The position numbers were made by a program, and so were the translations under genes. From assembly GCA_965221695.1 (NCBI GenBank), contig OZ244905.1, positions 1,536,001 through 1,600,000 on the forward strand: a DNA stretch of 64,000 nt, in the 5' to 3' direction. Below, one piece after another: positions 57,043 through 64,000 of the stretch (position 1 is its first letter; every line of letters begins with the position of its first letter). Source of the stretch: Gammaproteobacteria bacterium (GTDB lineage: Bacteria > Pseudomonadota > Gammaproteobacteria > Eutrophobiales > Eutrophobiaceae). The notes beneath the pieces were generated by a model. The model saw only the letters and a program-made list of their open reading frames with translations, searched no databases and was not told where the DNA came from.

Positions 57043-57513
57043 ATGAGCAATAAAATAGATAAAGGTGGACAGTTCCCCGATATCGAACTGAACATTGCCG
57101 GAGGAGGCAGGCTGCGCCTCCCGGGTGATATCAGTACCCCTTATGCCTTCATCCTGTTCTATCGCGGTCATTGGTGACCTTTCTGCCGCCGGCAGTTGGT
57201 CGGCTTCGAAAAACAACGCAAGGCGCTGGCCGAGCTTGGCGTGAGCATTGTTGCGGGTTGCGTGGATTCAGAGGAAAAAACAGCCGAAGTCGCTTCTGAA
57301 CTGGGCTTCCCCGTCGCCTGGGGCATGACTCGCGAGTTAGGTGAACAATTCGGCGCCTGGTGGGACGAAGGGAGAGAATTCATCCAGCCCAGCGAATTTT
57401 TCCTGACCGCTTCAGGCAAGGCGCTCGCTTCCACGTACAGCAGCTCCCCGATAGGCCGGATGGATCCGGAAGACGCCGTCACCCTGGCAAAATTCATCAT
57501 TCAGAAAGCGTAG
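57043..57513 (+). CDS. Peroxiredoxin-like (AhpC/TSA fold) protein with UxxC motif, probable selenoprotein
   Basis: MSNKIDKGGQFPDIEL...ILFYRGHW-TGA-PFCRRQL... continues in frame into ORF 57196-57513; TGA (57175-57177) aligns with the first Cys of FYRGxWCPxC. Confidence 0.88.
57185..57204 (+). promoter_or_regulatory. Candidate bacterial SECIS hairpin
   Basis: GCCGCCG-GCAGT-TGG(T)CGGC stem with bulged U and a G-first loop about 14 nt after the UGA; folded by eye. Confidence 0.5.
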
Positions 57514-57517
57514 CAGC

Positions 57518-57542
57518 GGGTCGGGTCAGCCAGGTCCGACCC
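57518..57542. terminator. Hairpin between convergent genes
   Basis: GGGTCGG...CCGACCC stem between the Prx-like and cupin stop codons. Confidence 0.4.
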
Positions 57543-57548
57543 GGTATT

Positions 57549-58235
57549 TTACCGCCACAGCATTTCAATGACTGTAATTTCGTTCTCCCCGGTGTTGGTA
57601 TGGCTGTGAGTCTCTCCTCCCGCCTGCCATTGAAAATCGCCGGCTTTGACCTGCCGCGCATTGCCGTTGCCATCTGATATTTCACCCGCGGACAGGTAAA
57701 CTTTTGTAAAGGGAAGATGATGCGTATGAACCCCCGTTTGCTCTCCCGGCTGCAAGTGGATTTCATAGACACTGGCATGGGGTTTTTCCGTTAGCAGGAC
57801 CATGCCGCCGGTATCGCCTTCCAACGCCGCCTTGTCAGCAGATTTGTCGCCCTTGACGCCGATGGCAATAACATGGAATGGCGTTGTGCCGATGTTCCCG
57901 ACACGATGGACATGCGGCAAATCGTGGTTGTCGGAACTGAACCTGATATCACCGGTTTTAACATCTGCGACTCTCCTTTCCTCGCCTAAGGGTTCCGCCC
58001 AGACTTTGGTCCCCACAATCGTGACGTAAAGCAGATCGAGCTTATGTTCATGGTTCAGACTCACGTAACCGGGCGGCAAAAAAACATTCAGGATCATGGC
58101 CTGATCGTTCTCAAACACCAGCTTGTGCTGCGGTTCCTCGTACACCGGTATCCAATCCTGCGCAGATAAAGCGGAGCAACATACCGCCAGGAGGACACTG
58201 CCTAAAACATTACGGAAGCTGATCAATCTACTCAT
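57549..58235 (-). CDS. Exported protein with two cupin-like repeats
   Basis: Signal peptide (...SALSA|QD) and two HxH-containing halves (LNHEH...HRVGNIG; GVHTH...HSHTNTG). Confidence 0.7.
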   Translation of the reverse strand: MSRLISFRNVLGSVLLAVCCSALSAQDWIPVYEEPQHKLVFENDQAMILNVFLPPGYVSLNHEHKLDLLYVTIVGTKVWAEPLGEERRVADVKTGDIRFSSDNHDLPHVHRVGNIGTTPFHVIAIGVKGDKSADKAALEGDTGGMVLLTEKPHASVYEIHLQPGEQTGVHTHHLPFTKVYLSAGEISDGNGNARQVKAGDFQWQAGGETHSHTNTGENEITVIEMLWR

Positions 58236-58571
58236 GTCGTATTATTCTCCTTCAGTAACACAGCAAGTTGCGAATCCTGGGATTTTAATTTTACGAAGTT
58301 CTGACTTAATCTCACAGGTGAGATTTTCAGGCTTGATAATCTTACATTAAAACGTTGACAATATTGCAGTAATTAACCCCGCGCCGGCGACGAGTTGATT
58401 TGAAGAAGTGACCGAATACATCCGTGGCGCGGGACCTGCTTACCGCAGCTTCGTCCATGATCGTCTGTTGGAACACGGTACGGTTGATCAACGATTGCAT
58501 GAGGAGCATACCGTGACGGGTTTACTGTTCTACCGGATACAGAATACAAATTGGTGGCCAGGGACATCTCC

Positions 58572-58655
58572 ATAAAACAATCGAGTTTTTCGGACTTGGC
58601 CTATAAGCAGAAAAAGACGACCCGCAAAGAGCGGTTTCTTGCCGAAATGGATGCA
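58572..58655 (+). pseudogene. IS5-family transposase N-terminal remnant
   Basis: IKQSSFSDLAYKQKKTTRKERFLAEMDA resembles IS5 transposase starts (MKQxSF.D..Y..K.K.TR.E.FL.EMD); ATA instead of ATG; similarity ends after about 28 codons. Confidence 0.75.
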
Positions 58656-58660
58656 AAGGG

Positions 58661-59890
58661 TTATATCAGGTATCGCAGAAACTCTTCAGCGCTGATTATC
58701 AATACTTTATATTTCCCCAGTTCAACAATATCAAATACATCCGGTTTATTCACAACCTGGAGTACATACGGGCAATTTATTTGCGGCAAAAACACTTTCC
58801 AGTTTTCCGATAATTTTTCCTGGTTCAGCTTTACTTCCACCGGAAACCAGGGCTTGTTGTTCTTCAACAGGAGAAAATCGATTTCCTTTTTTTCCTTGTT
58901 CCTGAGATAGCGCAGTTCATAGTCGCCCTCTCCCGTATCAGTCAGGTAGTCGCAATATTTCAACAAGTGCAATGCTACCAGGTTTTCGAAGCGAGATGCC
59001 TCATTTTCCACCTCGCTCCAATCCCAGAGATACAGTTTTCCCTCTTTTTTTATGGAGCGGGACAGGGATTTTGAGTAGGGCTTGACCTCAAAGAAATAAT
59101 ACAATTCGTTAAGGTACTGCAACCAGCGCCTGACTGTGGTATAGGCTACCTCAAGGTCTTCACTCAACGACGTGATGCTTAACTGGTTAGCTGCGCGCTC
59201 CGGCAACAGACTCGCAAGCATTTCCACCTGGCTTAACTCCGGCAGCCGGCTCAGGTCCCGCAAGTCCTCCCTGATTACTCTCTCCACCCGGTTACGCCGC
59301 CACAGGTTCAGGGTTCTGTCTGTTCCCGCCAACAGAGGCTCCGGGAATGGGCCGAACCGCAGTAACAAAGGCAGGTAATCTCTGGCTCTCCCGCTGATTT
59401 GAATGGAACGGTCGAATACGGCAGGCAATAAGTCAGGAGCGGCAATTCCAGGCTTCCTGCGAAGCATTTCATACAGTGAGAAGGGATGCAGGCGCAGGTG
59501 ATAGTATCTGCCCAGCAGGCTGTCACTGCCTTTCCGGTATACATTCAGGCGCGCGCTGCCGGTCACCAGTATATCGCAGGACATGTCCAGGGTATCGTAA
59601 ACCCCTTTAAGGTTTTTCTTCCAGGATTTTGCCTTGTGCAGTTCATCCAGAACGATTAACGGCCTGGCGTCTTCCTGCGCGGCAGGCGGGATTATCCCGC
59701 TCGGGTCTTTGGTCCAGAGACGGCGGAACTTAATCTCGTCCCAGTTGTAATAACGACCGGTTTCGTACTGTCTTAAAATGCGTTTGGCCAACGTGGTTTT
59801 GCCGCATTGCCTGGCCCCGGACACGAAGGCCATTTTTCCGGATTGAAAACAGACCTCACTGAGTATATTTTCCAGGTAGCGCTCTTTCAT
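58661..59890 (-). CDS. AAA+ ATPase (AAA_14-like) with C-terminal DUF4143-like PD-(D/E)xK domain
   Basis: Walker A GARQCGKT, Walker B IVLDE, VTGS, LHPFS, KLYLWD, FENLV and EIDF...PVEVK; likely start ATG 59890. Confidence 0.88.
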   Translation of the reverse strand: MKERYLENILSEVCFQSGKMAFVSGARQCGKTTLAKRILRQYETGRYYNWDEIKFRRLWTKDPSGIIPPAAQEDARPLIVLDELHKAKSWKKNLKGVYDTLDMSCDILVTGSARLNVYRKGSDSLLGRYYHLRLHPFSLYEMLRRKPGIAAPDLLPAVFDRSIQISGRARDYLPLLLRFGPFPEPLLAGTDRTLNLWRRNRVERVIREDLRDLSRLPELSQVEMLASLLPERAANQLSITSLSEDLEVAYTTVRRWLQYLNELYYFFEVKPYSKSLSRSIKKEGKLYLWDWSEVENEASRFENLVALHLLKYCDYLTDTGEGDYELRYLRNKEKKEIDFLLLKNNKPWFPVEVKLNQEKLSENWKVFLPQINCPYVLQVVNKPDVFDIVELGKYKVLIISAEEFLRYLI

Positions 59891-59892
59891 GA

Positions 59893-59976
59893 TGACCATT
59901 TTATCGGCTGTCAATAAAATGGTCAATAAGTGCGAAATTCAGCTGGCCATTTTTTTGTCTACCGATAAAATGGTCA
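59893..59976. promoter_or_regulatory. Twin palindromic operator-like sites upstream of the ATPase gene
   Basis: TGACCATTTTAT-N9-ATAAAATGGTCA (59893-59925, perfect) and TGGCCATTTTTT-N9-ATAAAATGGTCA (59944-59976). Confidence 0.7.
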
Positions 59977-60035
59977 AAAGTTGGGTCCGGATGTTAATTT
60001 GCCAGTACCATAAAGATTTTAATGGAACATGCAAC

Positions 60036-60111
60036 TGGTGGCCAGGGACAGAATCGAACTGCCGACACAGGGATTTTCAGTCCCCTGCTCTACCTACTGA
60101 GCTACCTGGCC
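60036..60111 (-). tRNA. tRNA-Phe(GAA)
   Basis: Reverse complement GGCCAGGTAGCTCAGTAGGTAGAGCAGGGGACTGAAAATCCCTGTGTCGGCAGTTCGATTCTGTCCCTGGCCACCA; 76 nt. Confidence 0.97.
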
Positions 60112-60200
60112 AGGGAGATAAGAGCGCCATACCTGTGGCGCTGCGGAGCAAAATAGTGTATTAAATCTGACTCCGGGTTTTCCGTCAAGAGGATATTGCC

Positions 60201-61568
60201 ATGACGCAGGAAGAAATAACGCTTGCACTGCGCGGGACTCTGATACATGCGCCGGCTGTGGGCGTGGTTGAAATTCTTGAAAACGCGCTGATCACAGTGG
60301 ATAACAGCGGTCAAATCGCCGCAGTAACGACTCCGCAAGAACCGGACTACGCGGCGCTGGAGCAGGCGGCGACACGGACAGGCAAGCTCAGGCAACTATC
60401 GCAAAAAGAGTACCTGTTGCCCGGATTGGTCGACACCCATGTGCATGCGCCGCAATGGCCGCAACTGGGCAAAGCGCTGGACCGGCCACTGGATGTATGG
60501 CTGCAGCAGTATACGTTCCCGCTGGAAGCCAGGTATGCCGACCCGGATTTCGCCGAGCGGATTTACCGCAGCCTGGTTCGTACCTTGATCGCCAACGGGA
60601 CGACAACGGCGATGTACTACGCGACCATTCACCTTGAGGCATCAAGCCTCTTGGCAGAAATCTGCCTGGAGCAGGGCCAACGGGCGCTGGTGGGCAAAAT
60701 CGCGATGGATAATCCTGAACAATGCCCCGACTATTACCGCGATGCGAGCGCTGGGCAGGGCTTGGAAGACTCCGAGAACTTCCTGGAGCAGGTACTGGGT
60801 TTACCCGGCAACGCGGGCAGGTTGGCGCTACCGGTGATCACGCCGAGGTTCATCCCCGCGTGCACGGATGAAATGCTGCGGGGATTGGGCAAACTGGCGC
60901 AACGCACCGGTTGTCATATCCAAACCCATTGTTCCGAGGGCGATTGGGAACATGCCTACGTGCTTGACCGCTGCGGAAAAACCGACACGCTTAGCCTGGA
61001 CAGCTTTGGCCTGTTGACCGAAAAGACAGTCCTGGCCCATTGCAACTTTATCGATGACACTGACATGCGGGCGATCAAGGGCGCGGCAACGGGGATCGCG
61101 CATTGCCCGTTATCCAACCTGTATCTAGCCAACGCCGTGTTTCCGGCACGCAAAGCGCTGGACAAGGAATTACAGATCGGCCTGGGCACGGATATCGCCG
61201 GTGGCGCCAACCCCGGTATCCTGCACAACTGTCAAATGGCGGTCACTGCCTCACGCGCGTTGGAGGACGGCGTCAATGCGGAACTCCCGGCAGCGGAACG
61301 GGGCAGGCCCGGCGAGCGCATTGATTTTCGCGAAGCCTTCTGGATGGCCACCGCGGGCGGCGGTGAGGCCCTTGACCTGAAGGTGGGCAAATTCGTTCCG
61401 GGTTACGCATTCGACGCGATCGTGATCGACACGGACGCGCCGGACAGCAATCTCATCATCTGGGATGACCTGGACAGCGATGACGATATTTTACAAAAGA
61501 TCATCTACAACGCCGACCGCCGTAACATCAGACAAGTATGGGTGCAGGGGAGACAGATCAAGGGTTGA
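60201..61568 (+). CDS. guaD: Guanine deaminase
   Basis: PGLVDTHVHAPQ, GTTTA, PVITPRF, IQTHCSE, HCPLSN and GLGTDIAGG. Confidence 0.92.
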   Translation: MTQEEITLALRGTLIHAPAVGVVEILENALITVDNSGQIAAVTTPQEPDYAALEQAATRTGKLRQLSQKEYLLPGLVDTHVHAPQWPQLGKALDRPLDVWLQQYTFPLEARYADPDFAERIYRSLVRTLIANGTTTAMYYATIHLEASSLLAEICLEQGQRALVGKIAMDNPEQCPDYYRDASAGQGLEDSENFLEQVLGLPGNAGRLALPVITPRFIPACTDEMLRGLGKLAQRTGCHIQTHCSEGDWEHAYVLDRCGKTDTLSLDSFGLLTEKTVLAHCNFIDDTDMRAIKGAATGIAHCPLSNLYLANAVFPARKALDKELQIGLGTDIAGGANPGILHNCQMAVTASRALEDGVNAELPAAERGRPGERIDFREAFWMATAGGGEALDLKVGKFVPGYAFDAIVIDTDAPDSNLIIWDDLDSDDDILQKIIYNADRRNIRQVWVQGRQIKG

Positions 61569-61670
61569 GAGAGTCAGAAAATTTGTGCCTGGCAGCGATA
61601 CGAATTATAATTGGCAGATGACCAAAGCGGTCATTTTCAATACAATCATGAATGAAAGGAAACGTTGTTT

Positions 61671-61949
61671 GTGGAAATCATATGGAACCTCGGCAAGGCA
61701 GCGCGCAACCTACGGAGGCATGGCGTCTCATTTCAAGAGGCGGCTACGGTATTTAATGACCCACTAAGTTTGACTGGATATGACCCTGACCATTCATTTG
61801 AAGAAAACCGTTATATTACAGTCGGGATTTCTCACAATGGACGAGTTATGATGGTAGCCCATTGCGACCGGAATGATCATGTTCGGATCATCAGCGCTTG
61901 AGAACTTACACGCAGAGAAAGAAGACAATATGAAGAAGGAATCACCTGA
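61671..61949 (+). pseudogene. BrnT (DUF497)-like toxin with premature stop
   Basis: W...KA..NLRRHGVSFQEAATVF.DP...E.R...RIISA-TGA-ELTRRERRQYEE; TGA (61899-61901) replaces the Arg of ISAR. Confidence 0.8.
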
Positions 61950-62136
61950 AAAGATGAAAGACGAGTTACGTCAGGAATATGACCTGTCTGAATTACTCCG
62001 GGGTGGAGTAAAAGGTAAATACGCGAAGCGTATCCGCGCCGGAACCAACCTTGATTTATTACCGGATGATGATTCCAACGCCTCTTGCCGGGAAACAGCG
62101 CAAGAGGAAAACCTCAATCTTACTCACTCAAAGTAA
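61930..62136 (+). CDS. Putative antitoxin partner of the BrnT-like gene, C-terminus possibly degenerate
   Basis: DELRQEYDLS...GVKGKYAKR...GTNL; overlaps the toxin 3' end. Confidence 0.6.
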   Translation: MKKESPEKMKDELRQEYDLSELLRGGVKGKYAKRIRAGTNLDLLPDDDSNASCRETAQEENLNLTHSK

Positions 62137-62157
62137 AAACAAAGAGTCAGAAACGCA

Positions 62158-62427
62158 TCACGACACCGGCACATACTCCTTCGGTTTGTCTGAGCCTTCA
62201 CCAAAGAAATATTTTTCCATTTCCTCCTCCAGGAACTTGCGCGCCTTTGGCTCAAACGGAGTCAAGCGGTATTCGTTGATCAGCATGGTCTGGTGAGACA
62301 GCCACATTTGCCAGGCTTCCTTGGATACGTTTTCATAGATGCGTTTGCCCAGGTCGCCGGGGTATGGGGGGGCAACCAGGCCCTCCGCTTCCCGGTTCAG
62401 TTTTATACAGTTGACTGTGTTCGCCAT
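62158..62427 (-). CDS. yggX: Fe(II)-trafficking / oxidative damage protection protein
   Basis: VNCIKL..EAEGL..PPYPG.LG.RI...[18 protein letters not shown]; downstream of mutY. Confidence 0.95.
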   Translation of the reverse strand: MANTVNCIKLNREAEGLVAPPYPGDLGKRIYENVSKEAWQMWLSHQTMLINEYRLTPFEPKARKFLEEEMEKYFFGEGSDKPKEYVPVS

Positions 62428-62444
62428 GATGTTTTCTCCCAGTG

Positions 62445-63494
62445 TTATGCTACCTGCCTCAGCAATGTCTTGACCGGCGCGGCGATAGCTATTTCCATAC
62501 CGCGTTCGGGGTTGTGCCAAAGGTAGCTTTCATTATCCCGTATTGTATCAGCCTTATCCTGGATTACGCCTTTCATCGGCGTAATATCCAGGTGGAAGTG
62601 ACTGAAGCTGTGGCGGATTTGCGGCAGAGTGGTAAGCGCCTCAGACACCAACGCTGCGCGTGACTCTATCCAGTCAGCCAGTTCCGCGCCGGAGCGGTAT
62701 TCCGGGAAGCTCCATAGCCCGCCCCAGATACCGCTTGGCGGGCGTTTTTCCAGCAGGATTTCTCCCTGCTCGTTTTGCAGCAGGGCAAATACCACCTTGC
62801 GTTCCGGCAAGGCTTTTCTGATTTTCCTGGTGGGTAACTGTTGCTGTGCCCCATGGCGTTGCGCATAGCAAGCGGATACCAGCGGACAATCCTCGCAATG
62901 CGGACTACTGCGGGTACAAACAGTGGCGCCCAGGTCCATGATAGCTTGCGTGTAAGCGGCGGTTTGCTGTTGCGGCGTCTCCCGCTCGGCCAACTCCCAC
63001 AAGCGCTTCTCCACTTCTCGCTGCCCCGGCCATCCGTATATGCCGTAGTAGCGGGTCAGCGCCCGTTTTACGTTACCGTCGAGGATAGGCGCGCGCCGGC
63101 CATGCCCCAGACACAGTATCGCGCCCGCGGTGGAACGGCCGATGCCGGGCAATGCCATCAACGCATCCAGGTCAGCAGGCAGGCGGCCCTGGTATTCCTG
63201 GACGATAATCCGGGCGGCCCGGCACATGTTTCTCGCCCTGGCGTAATATCCCAGTCCGGCCCAGAGGCTCAACGCTTGATCCAGAGGCGCGTCAGCCAGT
63301 GTGTGCGCGTCCGGAAACCGTTCAACAAAACGGAGAAAATAAGGGATCACGGTTTTCACCTGGGTCTGTTGCAGCATGATTTCGGAGACCCAGACGCGGT
63401 ATGGGTCCGCATCCTGCTGCCAGGGCAGATCATGCCGGCCATGGCGTTTGAACCAGGGCAGCAATGCGGCAGCCAACTCAGGCATCGGGCGCAC
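62445..63494 (-). CDS. mutY: A/G-specific adenine glycosylase
   Basis: [38 protein letters not shown] and 4Fe-4S Cys motif. Confidence 0.97.
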   Translation of the reverse strand: MRPMPELAAALLPWFKRHGRHDLPWQQDADPYRVWVSEIMLQQTQVKTVIPYFLRFVERFPDAHTLADAPLDQALSLWAGLGYYARARNMCRAARIIVQEYQGRLPADLDALMALPGIGRSTAGAILCLGHGRRAPILDGNVKRALTRYYGIYGWPGQREVEKRLWELAERETPQQQTAAYTQAIMDLGATVCTRSSPHCEDCPLVSACYAQRHGAQQQLPTRKIRKALPERKVVFALLQNEQGEILLEKRPPSGIWGGLWSFPEYRSGAELADWIESRAALVSEALTTLPQIRHSFSHFHLDITPMKGVIQDKADTIRDNESYLWHNPERGMEIAIAAPVKTLLRQVA

Positions 63495-64000
63495 TGCCAG
63501 CGAGTCTCTCCATTGTTAATATGCTCTCTTGCGCCTCCTTGACCATCTTGCGTTTCAGAAAATACGGACCAATAGCGGGGGGGATCCAGAAATCAGGCTC
63601 CAGATTGAAGCTGTAGACCATTTCAGAGCGGCCCCGGCCGCGCGCTTTGATCTGCCATTCAGCCCTGCCGGATTTAAAATCGCTCTGCTTCGGAACCATG
63701 TGCGCTACCAGCCTGCCTTCGGGGAACAGCTCCACATCTTCGACCATGACCGCCTTGAAACAGAAAAATACGATGCAGGTACCGACGACAAGCCGGCGCC
63801 GGGTCTTGTCTTCGGGCGCATCCTTGACAAGCGAAGATTCGAGCATCACTTCGCTGAGTTGATGAAAATTCTCGTGATCCGTAAGTAGCGCCAATAAGTC
63901 TTCCTTCCCGGCATCAACTTGCATGACCAGGTGCAACCGATAATCGTTACCCTCATGTTCCACATGGGCGGACTCTATCTCGCCGGCGCCCGACAGGCCG
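63478..64000 (-). CDS. Probable START/SRPBCC-fold protein (5' end beyond window)
   Basis: Frame open to the window edge; C..FFC motif and LEPDFWIPP.IGP typical of exported polyketide-cyclase-like proteins. Confidence 0.55.
   Translation of the reverse strand, partial: GLSGAGEIESAHVEHEGNDYRLHLVMQVDAGKEDLLALLTDHENFHQLSEVMLESSLVKDAPEDKTRRRLVVGTCIVFFCFKAVMVEDVELFPEGRLVAHMVPKQSDFKSGRAEWQIKARGRGRSEMVYSFNLEPDFWIPPAIGPYFLKRKMVKEAQESILTMERLAGSAPDA

Larger units (their letters stand above)
58552..60050. mobile_element. Degenerate genomic islet integrated at the tRNA-Phe 3' end
   Basis: Exact 15-bp direct repeat TGGTGGCCAGGGACA at 58552-58566 and 60036-60050 (tRNA 3' end including CCA); no integrase inside. 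Confidence 0.75.

Noticed and set aside
59889-60164. 91-aa ORF across tRNA-Phe
   Set aside because: Antisense translation of the tRNA and the palindromes
61618-61634. Short palindrome ATGACC-N5-GGTCAT upstream of the BrnT-like gene
   Set aside because: 6-bp arms are too short to distinguish from chance, though it could be a TA operator
61899-61901. In-frame TGA in the BrnT-like gene as a second selenocysteine
   Set aside because: Aligns with a conserved Arg (ISAR), not Cys; best explained as a CGA>TGA nonsense change

Overview
Mostly core chromosome of a gammaproteobacterium: murA(3' end)-hisG-hisD, a DegS/AlgW-type protease, rluD-clpB-pilD-coaE-zapD, a Nudix/ThiE-like fusion, argJ-secA-M23 peptidase, the complete dcw cluster (mraZ to lpxC), rnpB, rsmI-lpoA-yraN-gmhA-BON, petABC-sspA, bamD, nadE-sucCD, suhB-trmJ, prpD-ppdK, tRNA-Gly, thiS-thiG-trmB-cysQ, and yggX-mutY at the end. 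An accessory patch at about 56.5-62.1 kb carries the most interesting signals. (1) A peroxiredoxin-like gene missed by the ORF track has an in-frame TGA exactly at the first Cys of its CxxC motif (W-U-P-F-C), so it is a probable selenoprotein. (2) A ~1.5 kb islet is bounded by a 15-bp duplication of the tRNA-Phe 3' end and carries an AAA+ ATPase/PD-(D/E)xK-like gene with twin palindromic operators and an IS5 scar. (3) There are two toxin-antitoxin-like pairs, one with a nonsense-disrupted toxin. Elsewhere, two dispersed elements share 30-bp terminal inverted repeats and an identical 151-bp length but have unrelated interiors. Gene order also suggests a ~39-kb inversion and loss of several usual neighbour genes. 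All calls come from motif recognition by eye; no database searches were run.
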